Assembly: GCA_021432655.1 (NCBI GenBank)
Contig: MU271528.1
Span: 1 to 41,140 of the forward strand
Reading direction: 5' to 3'
DNA: 41,140 nt
From: Atractiella rhizophila
Taxonomy: Eukaryota
Below, piece after piece: positions 1 to 12,232 of this stretch. The notes under the pieces are model-generated. The model ran no database searches, was not told the origin of the DNA, and was given only the letters and a program-made list of their open reading frames with translations. A program made the position numbers and the translations under genes. Within the stretch, counting starts at the first letter, position 1, and each line of letters starts with the position of its first letter.

Positions 1-398
1 GAGTTCGTAGAGAACATAGGGAGCTTGATAGGACCCGCTCCTTTGAGGTCTGTCATCCTTCATCCTTTCCAGTTCCATTCTGATGTCAGGTAGTACTCTT
101 TATGCCGCGTCGATCAAGTATAATATTTTGGGTGGTTACGCTTGGACAATCGTTGCGCTAGCTGTGTGCATTGCTTGTCGAGGAACAGCGAGTGGAATTG
201 AGGAAGAATGGACCGTTGAAACAATGCACCGGGAGCGGGACCGGGAGCGTAGGGAGTAGGAAGCTAGTTTGTCTTTTTCTGCCCTTCTCAGCCTACCTCT
301 CAAATTCGCGGTCCAGCCACGAACCCTTTGCAAGTTACATCTCCTGTCGCAGTCGATATATCACCATGATAGAGATTCCTTGAAAGCTACAGTAATTG

Positions 399-488
399 CG
401 TCACGTGCCTGTTGAAAGGATCGTCCAGTGACGTTGCGTTGACGTGTCGGGATTTCGTCTCTCTTTCGCCTCTTCGAAGGATATAAAA
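399..488 (+). promoter_or_regulatory. Putative promoter: CRE/ATF-like TGACGT sites plus TATA box
   Basis: CGTCA/CACGTG at 399-407, TGACGT at 429-434 and 440-445, TATAAAA at 482-488, about 100 bp upstream of ATG 585. Confidence 0.5.
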
Positions 489-584
489 GGAGACAAGATG
501 TTAGAGAAGGAATTCCCCGATACAACCCAATAACCCAAAATCACTGTCAAAGCTATTTCGTGATTCCCGCTTTCTGAGAAACCA

Positions 585-1123
585 ATGTCGCGATCTCCCT
601 CAGCAAACTCCTCACATCAGAACCCAACGAACGACAATTCAGCACTCTCCTCTCCGGCAGCTTCTCCGCCTCCTTCTAGATCCTCTTCTGTCGACTCCCA
701 TCGATCCTCCGCGACGTCGCATCACGAGACTGATCACGATGCACCGCCGAAAGCTAGTGCTTCTGAAGAACAGCATCGGAGACAACCGATTCCTTCCAAC
801 GTTCCTAAGAATGACGAGCAATCTTCCTCAGGTGTCCAACAAGCGATATCCAAGTCGGAGGTAGGGACAGGAAAGGAAGTCTCGCGGTCGGGAGAGCAAG
901 GAGCGATTGAGCAGAAACATGGTCCGGTTGGAGAGAACGGAAGAATAGTGAATTCGGATGGGTCCCCAGCGCCACAGGTTAGGCTAGATTTGGATCTGGA
1001 GGCTCAGGTTGAACTCCATGCGAAGGTGAGAGTTCTGAGCCAATCACTCCTAATAGTTTGAGACAAACGCGTTGATCCTCATGGTATCAGGTCCAAGGGC
1101 AGGTCACGCTTTCTCTTCTGTGA
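585..1123 (+). CDS. Small Ser-rich hydrophilic protein with conserved fungal C-terminal motif (LRLDLNLD..ELKAK..G..TLSLL type)
   Basis: ORF from 585; intron 1026-1090 (GTGAG..CAG) joins VRLDLDLEAQVELHAK to VQGQVTLSLL*. A second possible intron 1120-1167 (GTGAGT..CAG) would change only the last residues. Confidence 0.75.
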
Positions 1124-1469
1124 GTAAGATTGCTTGATACATGTTGTGCGAGCTCATAAGGATTCAGGGACTGAGACCGAGATGACAAAGCAACGACGTG
1201 ATATCATTGTAACTAAGACGTCCAAGCGGAACTGGTTCTGCTTGATCTTCAACTGTGAATAGCTGTAACACTACGTGGGACAATATCGGGCAGGAACAAG
1301 GATATTTCCAACAGTTGTGCATAGTCCGGCCAAGTAACTGTATGAAAGGCGCGTCTAAGCCAGACAACAGGTCCCATTAAAGCAAGAACGAAGAAAAGCA
1401 ACCCAAATGTCGTACTGAGCAAAACAAAAGGAACAAGGAAGCACTGTCCGGCATAGTTGAAGTGCAAGG

Positions 1470-4089
1470 CTATAGGCCGGAGAGCCTTCGTGCTTTTTGG
1501 AAGAAGGAGCTCGAAGCCGTTGGTGGCTCACTCTCTGGATTTCGGTTCGAAATGCCAGAGAACCTGTCTGGAGTATTCGAAGGCGAAGTCAGAGCTGTAG
1601 AAGCAACTGATCCCAGCAGCTTCCTGGACAGTGCTGATAGAGGGCTGATCGATGATTCGGTAGAGGACGAAGGTTGCGAGCTCTTGCTGACGGGACTGAC
1701 GCGGGATGAAGTGGAGGCGCTGCTGATTGGGCTGAAGGGGTCGTTAAGTCGATATGGACGGCGATCTCGGGGGGAAGTCGGCTCTTTGTTGAACAATGAT
1801 AGACGCTGGAAGATCTCGCGTGCGTTATCGAGACCTCGGATACGCTGCCCGTTCTCGATATTGTCGAAGGTTGAGGTCCGTCCGAGATCAATTGCAATCT
1901 GGCATAGAAGTCAGTCAGGCCGCATGAAGACAGAAAGACAGACGGACTCTAGCTGCTTCGCTGACATTGCTCGCTTCCCAGTTCGCCCGTTTGGCTTTTT
2001 TGGATTTGCTTTTCTTCTCTTTCGTCCTTTCGATTACGATTTGGATTGGTACTCCTATTACTGTGTTCTTCACCACGAGAGTGCAAGGACCAAGGGATCC
2101 TGGGAGACCGGGGTGCTTTTTATTTGAATCTGGGGTATGGATAAGACTATCTGGTAGACTGGACTGGCTACGGTTCTCGAAAGTCATGGATGACTGCTGG
2201 TACAATCCTTCTTCATCAATAGTCGGCTGAGCAGGTTGGTCCAGTTGTACATTTTCTGGAGGATTGTCGAACTCGACGTGCCAATCTGTGGCTCTAACAA
2301 CCCTTATAGTGAAGTTGCCATTGCCGAAAGTGCTTCCAAAGAAACGAATCTTCGTGGTTTCTCCAGCTAACTCCTCATGACATCTATAGACCACCGAATA
2401 GGTCTCCTTTAGAGGCGCGAATATTTGGTCTATTAAATCCAGACCGTGTTTGCGATTTTCGCGCTGTAAGTAAGGAGCGAATCCATACTTTTGAAAGAAG
2501 AGGTTCATCTGCGAGATGATGACTGACTGACGCATAAAAAGCTCTCGTTGGAACGAGTTGGCTACGATCGAAAGATGAGTCTAGTGATGTGGGTGGAAAG
2601 GGACCTACGATTAGTGGACCCTGGATCTAGACGGGTAAGATATGTTGTCTGGAAACCAGGTGCTTTGGGCGGAAGGTCTTCTTCACTTGAGGTGTCGGAG
2701 ACTGGCGAATCCGAACGCGATATGGATGGGAGAGGGGAGGAAGATGAAAAAGAAGAATGGTGGGTAGACGCTGGGATCTGAGTCGTTTGTGACCTTGCTA
2801 GCGGCGCACCTAGGAATGCAGGAGGACGCGGTTGAGTGCTGAATGAGGACGCCCTGTTGCCGAAAGCGCTTGGCCGAGACTTCAAACTAGGCAAGATACC
2901 CATGCTCCGTAGCGAAGAAGGACGAGAAGAGTTGGTCGACGACCGATGCGACGTCGACGTCTGGGCTGGTGGACGTAGAGACTGAAAGGATGAGGATGAC
3001 CCGGAGCTTCGACTGGGCATCACAGGTCGATTGTAGGAAGATGAAGACGAGTGCCGTTTGTCGCTAAGTTGAGAAGTATGTGAGAAGCTGGGAGCTCGTA
3101 CATTGCTAGAGGACGGATGGGAAGGAGCTGGCTGAGAAGAACGCCGACATGAAGCTTCCTTCCTTCGAGCGAGTGCGTCGTACTCGGGAGGATGGGGTAA
3201 TTTGCGGATTGCCCAGCCAATCATATGCGTTGCCATCCGATAAGTAGATGGATCGGGAGGGATAAGACTGTCATCCACGGATCGAGCGATGATGTAAGCC
3301 AACGATTGTTCTGGGTGGACCCTGTCAACCAATCAGCCAATCAGCAAATATGGCATTCTCAGCGGTTAAGCCCTCACTCCTCACTAAGTACAACAACGCC
3401 GTCACGGGCGGCTACTGGGAAAATCGCATGATAGTGCATATGAACGATGTTGTCGGTTTCGTTCAGGATTTCCTTCACTTTGCAATTCGGACAATCTAAC
3501 CGAGTATCAAAAGTGGAGCGAGCATCGTAGCTTCGAATTGTGGCGACAACATCAGCGATCTTCCAATCCCCTTCTATCCAGCCGTCTCCTCTAACCCAGG
3601 GCATCATATCATGCTCTCGATGCTCCTCGTTTAGATGGTAATATTGGAAGTCAGCGGCTGTTTCCTCTCGATCCGCTCGCCGTCGTGTGTATGTTCTCAC
3701 TTTACCGTCCTATGCAACGCTATTTAACTCTGAGGAAAAAATGCAAGTTGGTGCTCACCGCGAGACCTTGATAGTCCCACTATGTTCTCTTCAGTAAGAT
3801 CAGGATGTTTGGAATGGCAACGAACCCCTTGTAACTCTAGTTCATCTATTTCGTCCTTGGGAACACCTGGAACATCATCTGCAAGCTCTTCTACATGTTC
3901 CGGTGGCAATGGATGCGTGGTGAAAATCTTCAAAAGTTTATAACATTGCTCCACAACAGCTGTCAATGGATCATTGGTCAATCTCCCTTGGGTCATAAAC
4001 AACGCACTGGAATGTCGATGCACCATCTTCTTCCGCCCTCCTTCAGTTGTTGAGGCAGGGACATTTGTGATATCTCCTGTGAAGGTCAT
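1470..4089 (-). CDS. Hypothetical multi-exon protein with CxxC...HxHxH segment and Ser-rich disordered regions
   Basis: ORFs 3724-4089, 3374-3700, 2562-3332, 1915-2535 and 1470-1796 can be joined through short GT-AG introns (e.g. ELQG|WDYQGLA|DGKVRTY, AAR|IAIDLG); 5' end uncertain. Confidence 0.6.
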
Positions 4090-4676
4090 CCCGCAAGTGC
4101 AAGGGTTTATTTACTGAAGCAATCATTAGAACAACAATGTCTACCACGAAAGTTGACCGGAAGAAGCACTCAAGCTGACTGAAGGATGATGCGGATACCC
4201 TGATGAGGACGACACTATGGTTCCCTCAAACGTGCGAGCCACTGACTGATTTATGTACCCTTCACAACTTGAAAGAAGGCGAAAAGCAGACCTGCCTTGG
4301 ACGCTTGAAAGGCCTTGGCTGGGGCTTTCAACTTGAACATCGGAACGGGGACCGAGTGTCCGAAAAGCATCGCTTGATCTATGGACATCCCGTTCAATTT
4401 GGTTCAGGAGAGCTGGAGAATGAGAGGGTCATAAGGAATGATACTTTCAGAGAATCAGGAGGTAGAATAGGCCTGTTTCTTGTCTACTCCAGAATAACAA
4501 AGTCCTCAGGATCATGATTAAATGGTCAACAGGCAAAGCTGGGCTCCGATTCGGAAGTGATTGATTCGGACTCAGCTATCGGGAGATCATCGCAATCCCA
4601 TGCATTTTGAAGCAAGAGGATCACAGACTTCCATGTCCCTGTTGGCTAGTAGTACATACAATTGCAGCTGCAAGAA

Positions 4677-7497
4677 CTACCGGTGAGTAGGCATCGCGAC
4701 GTCCGCCTTGCTAGTCAAGGCATCCTCACTCCTCCACAAGCTGGTGATCGTCTAGATCCATCGCCATTGAGTACACCGTCATGACACGAGAGAAAGAGAC
4801 AAACTTTATTCTGCGTCCAGAACTCAACTCCCAATTTCCCATATAACGATGTCTGCCCCAGGACTGAGGCTTTGTTACCACTCCAGCTGAACATTGGAAG
4901 TGGCACAGGAATGGGCACATTCACTCCTACGCATCAAACACATTTGCATGAGAAACTGGGCGTGAGATCAGAACAGGAAACCGGTGCACCAAGCTGTCCG
5001 CTATGACAATTTTTCTCAAACCGACGAGCAGTAGCGCCGCTTTGTGTGAAGATGGCGGCCCCGTTCCCATCTGTTTCCAGTGCAAAGCGGAGCTTCAGTC
5101 GGANNNNNNNNNNNNNNNNNNNNNNNNNCCCATCTGTTTCCAGTGCAAAGCGGAGCTTCAGTCGGAATTGAAGGAGAGGAAGGGAAAACGTACATTTGTT
5201 TTTGTTGATGATCTCAATGGCTTCGTCCATTGTTTCGCACTTCACAACGCAAAGGACAGGGCCAAAAATCTCTTCCCTGCATAGAAGCGTTAGTTTTGTA
5301 GGTGGTTTAATTCGCAAACGGAGGCGCACTCGTAGCACTTCATTCCTGGTTTGCACTCCAAAATCGTTGGTCCGACCCAGTTACCATCCGGGTATCCCTC
5401 AACTTTAACACCGCGTCCATCCAGGAGAATCTTCCCACCTTCCTTCTCACAGGACGCAATTAAGTTTTCTATCTTCTGCTTGGCTTGGGGAGAAATAACG
5501 GGTCCACTATCAATGTCACAATTAGCTCGCAGGAAACTTGCACAGAAAAATCACGCACAGATCAACACCTTCATCGAATCCGTTTCCAACTTTCAAAGCC
5601 TCAGCTCTTTTCTGTAGCTCTGGCAAATATTCGCTCGAACTCCCAACGGTTAGCAGGACAGATAGAGCCATGCATCGTTGTCCAGCAGCACCGAAGGCGG
5701 CTCCAGCGATTGAGTTCAGCGCAAAGTTCGGGTTCGCGTCGGGCATGAGGATGGCGTGGTCTGTCAGACTGTTCGTCACGAACAGTCAGGAAAGTTAGGT
5801 ATTGAACGCACTCTTCGCTCCCAGATTTGCTTGAACTCTCTTCCCTGTTGCTCCTCCACGGTCATAGATATGTTTTCCTGCGGCATTACCGCCAACGAAA
5901 GTAATCGCGTTGATCTCGGGTGAGTCACAGATATAGTTGACCACGTCCACACCTCCCTGGAGTTCTCTTCAGAGATCGTCAGTGGACAAAGAGAGCTAAG
6001 GACGAACGTTGACCGAAGATAGGACACCTTTAGGAACTCCAGCTTTCTCTGCCAATTCAAGGAGCATGCCCACCGCCCCAGGATCGCGCTCAGAAGGTTT
6101 AATGATGAGTGTATTACCAGTGATAAGAGCCATCGGAATCGACCAGAGGGGGATCATGGCTGGAAAGTTGAATCTGTCCAGCAATGTCAAATCACCACCG
6201 TTGTTAGACCAGCCGGGCACTCACGGGCAAATGGCGGCTCCAACGCCTAAGGGTTCCTTCCGAATATAGGTATCCATATCCTTACTAACTTCCAACTTAT
6301 CTCCCATCAAAGACGACGGCGCAGCAATGGAACTCTCCACCACCTGCAACCCTCGAAGTACGTCTCCCTTTGCGTCCGCAAACGTCTTACCTTGCTCGAG
6401 CACGATACAAGAAGCAAGGTCATCCCAGTGCTCTTTTATCAGTCGTTGGAAGGAAATCATGACTGATTGTCGATGCAGGATCGAGGTTTCGCGCCACGTT
6501 GGGAATGCTCGACGGGCTGCAGCTACTGTTGCGTCCAGCTCGGAACGAGTGGTATGAGGGGCTCGAGTGACGATCTCTTGTGTGCTCTGGAAACAGGAGG
6601 GCATGAGGTCAGATTTTGTTTCTTCAAGAGTACTCAGCAACGCGTGGCGCCATTGTGGCAATAGCAATATAGTCAAAGAAAGATGCATGCTTTAGCCCAG
6701 TAATATGCGCAAGAACCTAACACACGACTATACTCGATTCCAAAAAAAATCATAGTACGAAAGGCGCATTCAGTAATCAGGAAGGTAGAGGACGCAGTAT
6801 CCTCACTCGCCCAACGAGGAATTCACAGTCAATGTTCCACAGAGGTCATATTATCCTGTATTCTTTTAATAAATGTAGTGCTACGACATTATATCAATCA
6901 TGAGTTGAAAAGCATTATTCGAGGACCCTGCAAAATATATTTCGTGTCTCACAACATCTATCTTTCATGCTATTCCAAACGAAATGAGTAAATGCTGTAA
7001 GTGAGTAACTTGACATTTAGAATTCAACCAAAGACAAGCTCAAGTGAATCTTGGGGTAATGATAGAGAAACAAGACCTATGGACGGGAGTCTTTTGATGA
7101 TGACCAATCCAAGAAAGCTGTCGCTGGATCACAGAACGGCATCCCACTCCGACCAAAACCATTGCCAGTGCAAGTGCATTTTTCACGCAAATCATTGCGA
7201 GCAACAAACAATGAAGGAGCTAGCAACTATCTCGGGGGAGCACCACAAGCCAAAGCTAACGACCTCGCTCTCCACAAAGTCTCCACGGTCACAGTAGAAG
7301 AGAAGACATTGACGCACCGGATCCCTAACTTCAATCCACTCTCCCCTGTGCTCCACCCACTGTCCATCCACATAATTCTTCGTGATCCCATTAGCTCTCG
7401 ACACCCATGCGCTTTCCAGAGCCACTTTCCGGCCACTTAGACTGTTGGTCGATGCGTATCGACGCGAGAGTGCTTTTTGAGGGAAGTTGCGCAACAT
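4677..7497 (-). CDS. ALDH6A1: Methylmalonate-semialdehyde dehydrogenase (CoA-acylating), mitochondrial precursor
   Basis: Presequence-like [16 protein letters not shown]; motifs [29 protein letters not shown] (catalytic Cys), [22 protein letters not shown], final exon [14 protein letters not shown]; multiple introns. Confidence 0.95.
5066..5166. other. Assembly gap (25 N, 5104-5128) flanked by an identical 38-bp overlap
   Basis: CCCATCTGTTTCCAGTGCAAAGCGGAGCTTCAGTCGGA at 5066-5103 and 5129-5166. Confidence 0.95.
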
Positions 7498-8819
7498 TTT
7501 TGGGAGGCGAGTAGATGGAGGCTGCTTGGGATGGAATGTAAGATGGTGAAGTGGCGGGATGCCTCAAAAATCACCTGGGGAAGCAGCTGCAGCAAGCGAG
7601 ATCATTTTGCCGTTAAGATTTCCGACCGCTTAGCCAGGAAATTTTGATTCCGGGTGATGTCACATGACTGTATCGACTGTTTGTTCTTCTCCTTGCTTCC
7701 ACTGGATTTCTGCTATGACCTTAGCTGAGTTTATAATCAAGGAGTTGTTGGATATTCCAGATGTTACAGGGGTATGAAAACCCTGCCATGACGATGAGAA
7801 CTTGTGCGTGAACAGCGATCGTTCTTTCCAAATATTTCTTCAACGACTAGAAGACTGAGCATTCTAATATCCTGTTATTCATCAATGAGATCCTTGCTCC
7901 GATTCATATTCTGGAAGAAGCCTCGAGATCTACGTCCTGAATTAAGTTGTCCTTCGGACCGTGGTACGGTGTGTCTTGTATTGTAGTTGTAGGTCTCAAA
8001 CGCACAGCATGCCATGACGCTACGCTGGATGATTCTTTTCTCATGGCTGCTTTTTTTGTGACTTTCAGCGTTCACTGTTTAATGGCTTTATGCAGCTGCT
8101 CACGCACCAGCTGCCTGCGGTCCATCGCTTGGTCGGGTTGGGGAAGGCGTGTTTTCGAGTACAGACGCCAATATAGGGCCGGGGGCCACCTCAGAACCAG
8201 GTTTCTTGCCTGACCTTGCTAGCTCGGCAAAGACGAAAGAGGCGAGTTGGAGCTTAGTCAAACTCGGTGAACTCAACTCGTTCTAAGTTCCTTCGGCTTT
8301 CTGGCAGAGATACAGAGCCGATGTTGTTGAGATTCTGCTTTTGAAGTGCCATACCTCATTCTTTGGTGCTACCAACTAGCTGGGAGTTGGGATGGCTGGC
8401 GCAATTATCCGAGGAAACCGGTCCTGTTTCAATACATGCTCCGCGGCAATCGTTGTACATACCTCGTCCCTGCCTACTTTATTGTCATCTCTCTGTCCTT
8501 TTGTGATCTGATCCGTTCGAATGGATTACACCAAGCAAATCGTATCATGTCCAAGGTTGATGCGATACAGGCAGCACGTTGGCGTACGTGTGCCGCTTAT
8601 TTGCGGAGAATGTACATAAACAACTTCATCGCGTTGCAGGTCCTCGTCAACCTTCCTTTCTTCTACTTTTGAGGTGAAAGTGGAAGGAACACGGAGTAAT
8701 CGCAAAACTCTGTTCCACTCAAAAAGGAAGCCGAACTCAACTGGTTCCCTTTCTTCTCTTCCCGTTCCCTCTCCCACCCTCCCCTCACCACTCCGATTTT
8801 CTTGACGAAGCACGTATTT

Positions 8820-10310
8820 ATGGCCCTCCCTCCAGAATCAAGTCAAACACAGGAGGAGCTGAAACGACTTGCAAATATCACTATCGCTCCTTTAGAAGTG
8901 GGTGCATTCATCTCAGCATTGTAAGTCGTCTCTTCTTGGTTTACATCAGCAAAGCTAACCACACTAAATGTACACATCAGCTTATGGCCATTCGAACTCA
9001 TCCTTGGTTTCCAGTATTTTCTGGATCATAAAGACGATCCATGGATGGTCAAGTCAGCTGTCGCTTTGGTGTGTTCTATAGCTTCCTCCTCTCAGTCATA
9101 ACTGACCTATCACGGCAGATGCTGTTTGTTAACGCTTTAGGGACGACAATAGGTCCGTCTCTGGCTTAGGCGAATCATGGGATGGAAAGCTGACTGCAAA
9201 GAGGATAGGCATCAGTGGAATCTACGAGCTCACAGTGACACATTGGGGTACGTTGCTTTCATGCAAGGGATGCAACCCCAGCTGATTATTACAATGGCTG
9301 AAAAAGGCGACTACGAATACATCCTCCTGCGTCAATGGCAGCTTTCCTTCTACACCATCGACGCAGCTGTCGTAGCTGTAATCCTCCAGATCTATCTCAT
9401 TCTGCGTTACTGGCGGCTAAGTCACAACATATTCGTTACGGCTTTAATCTCAATGGTGGCCCTGACAGCGGTGCGTTTTAAATTTCTCTCAACTCTGGAG
9501 TTGATGAAGTTGAGATAGTGCGGCGCTTGTATATCACTGGCAGTTGCCTTCCAGATCTTCCGTTCACTGTTCCAGGTGGATAGCCTGACTACTTACGCTG
9601 TGTCTGTCCTCAAACTGTCCAAAGAGTGGCATCCCTGATGCCCTCGTAGTGTTACCCTCACATTCGCAGCTGTCTCAGACGTCCTCATTGCTCTTGCACT
9701 AATCATTCGACTTGTGCGGTGTGTCTTGCTCAATGACCTATCTGAAGAATCTGACCAGTTGTTTAGATTTCATAAGGAAACAACATTCACTCCAGCAAAG
9801 AGTTTGCTTTCGAGGCTTATCGTACTCGCCGCTGAGACGGGTCCGTTGCTTGTCTTGTCGGTGGATTGACGGCTGATCAAGGGGTCCCTGAAGGTGCCAT
9901 TACGAGCATTTGGGCTCTCGCAATTCTTATCGCTTTCCTTGCAAACAAGCAAAGTAATCTATCAGTAGGGTTTGCCTATCCAATAGGTTTGTGATGCCTC
10001 CTTCTGCGACGCGTTAATCTCATCACAACTGCTACAGCTCACGGATGTATGCATTTCCGATTCCTCCGTATTACCTATTTATCCCTCATAATTCGCACAT
10101 TCCCTCTTAGATGCTCTAACGTTCCTCTTCAACTTACGCATCCGCTCCTCCCTCCCTGACCTCTCGCAACACTCCCGTTCCAAACACACCATCGATGCTA
10201 CTGTCAATCCGTGGACTGGGTCCATGTTTCGTACAAAACGTGGAGAGCAAACATTGAGGGGAGAAGACGATGGATCGGAAGTCGAATTAGGAACAAGGAC
10301 CCCGGTATGA
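8820..10310 (+). CDS. DUF6534-type multi-pass membrane protein (basidiomycete expanded family)
   Basis: ATG 8820 MALPPESS..TIAPLEVGAFISA; exons give YFLDHKDDPWMVKSAV, LQIYLILRYWRLS, AVSDVLIALALI, LSRLIVLAAETG, LTFLFNLRIR; many short introns; stop at 10310. Confidence 0.8.
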
Positions 10311-12232
10311 ACAGCTCTGGCTCCTTGTACTCATGCTGAGTTGGCTATTTGGCGTGTAGAGCACTCGTCGAGAGAAGAAAGATCCATGGAAACATCAAAC
10401 TGGTGGTTCTTGAAGGGTAACGTCCCTGTGCAGAGCATGATTTTGATTTTTCGGGCACCGGAGGCGTAAACACCTCGTTGTCCCCGCATCGTGTCGCGTC
10501 TGCAAGGTGTGGAGGTGATTGCGGAAGTAGGTAAAACAACGAGAGACGACCTCCTCATGACCGTAGATAGTTAGGCAGAGGTGGCTTTTCTGAGAATATG
10601 GTGCTTTTAGGCAAGGAGCAAGTGGATGGGAAAGGAGGCAAGAGTGTAACGGATCTTGGTGCGCTTGTCTCATCGTCGTGGTCCCGAGCTCGCATTTTGC
10701 GTTCTTCGCAATCATACAGATCATGAACGTAAGTGTGCGAAACTTCCTCCAGTTGTTGAGATTGCATGAGGTAAAGAAGTAAAGGCTGTGAAAACCTCTG
10801 TCTTCTTTTTTTGTCACTTTATTTCTACTTCTTTGCTGTCGAAGTTTCATTGAATGAGTTGAAGGCTTAATGGCAAATTTGAGTGGAGAGCATAGAACTG
10901 ACTCTCATGCGGATTCGCTGACGATTTACAATCGTTCGGGAGTCTGCGCGATTGAGAACGGACAGAGTGTGGAGTCCAGGCTATGAAATCCTTCCCTTTT
11001 CTCATAGTGACGATTGGCTCTGTGTTATCCGAAAGTCACAACCTGCTTGACAAGACAAGCACGGCTAACCCGTCAATCGGGGCTCTATGCAGCTCCTCAC
11101 ATTATTGGCAATTTGGAAGTTCCAGGTTCCAGGTTGTGTTTTGTTTCTGAGCAGGAAAGACAGCGCACACATAAAAGGAGTCCTAGAGCCTCGTTTGCCA
11201 AAGTGGAGGTGCACAGCCGCATTCAAGGATGGCTGGTCCCAGGCAGTTCTAGAGCAGCTGAAAGTAGCAAATATCACCACCATTCATTTATAAGCTGGCA
11301 CATTCGCTTCAACGAAGCATCTTGTCTTACTAACATGAGAAATGAGCCAAACCCAGCGTTGGAGCGTACAGTCCTTTGAGTTCATTCTTGGATGACTGTA
11401 GTGCAGCCAATGCTTGTCTAGCCTGACGGACGAACTCAAAACAGGGGTTGAAGCGGATCAATCTGACAACCCGGTCTTTGAAGGAGCTGTGAAGATGGCG
11501 TCCAACCGCCACTTCCCTTCGCCTTGCAACCCTAGTTAGCGTTCCCATCATGCCCATCATAGTGAGAGCGCGTTTTTAGTCTCAACATTGTTTTCGCCGC
11601 CAACCGCGGCTTCCTTCTAGCACATTACCCATTTTGACTTCCTTCTTTGCTACGCTTAAACGCCAATTCCTAATCAGGAAGAAGGGCTAGCCTTCTCACC
11701 TGTCCTTTCAGTGGGCTTTTCCTTGTTGTCTAACCCTGCCTCGTGACGCGGTCTAAAGCAGACAGACGCTTTCAGTTTGCTTCGGACGGCCGCACACGCC
11801 TTAGCGAGCCGCAGGGATGCACCCCAGCACTTGCGTTTAGTGTGTATATTGCCAGTGGAGCAACATAGAGTCAAGCTGTTTGGTTGGCATCTGAACCTTA
11901 AAGGCTTCCGGCATTAAAGTAGAAGTCTGACGCGCCGCTGACAACGCAATAAAGTGTGCTTGCAAATATTTTTTTTCGCAGGAAACAATGAACTTGAAGC
12001 ATCATAACAATAACGAATAAGGGACAGCTTGGTCGTACGTACAATCAATGGGAAGGCTCTTCTGAATTACTTGCTTGATGGGCTAGTGTTTGAAGCTTGA
12101 AGTTTGGCGCAAGCAGTTGATAAGCCGGTGATATCGATATCGTCTTGGTTCATAATTCTAAGCCGTCTGGTGAGGGGATACCACCCGTTGACGCCAAGTC
12201 AGCGAGCCCCTCGAGAGTTCATCATCCATACG

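Noticed and set aside
1462..2127. 221-aa + strand ORF
   Set aside because: Antisense shadow of the spliced minus-strand gene
5066..5166. Apparent repeat or insertion inside MMSDH
   Set aside because: Identical 38-bp flanks around 25 N indicate an unmerged contig overlap; collapsing them restores a normal intron and exon
6587..7317. Intronic C/D snoRNA or MITE in the MMSDH intron
   Set aside because: No sense-strand RUGAUGA..CUGA pair with terminal stem, and no TIR or TSD found by eye
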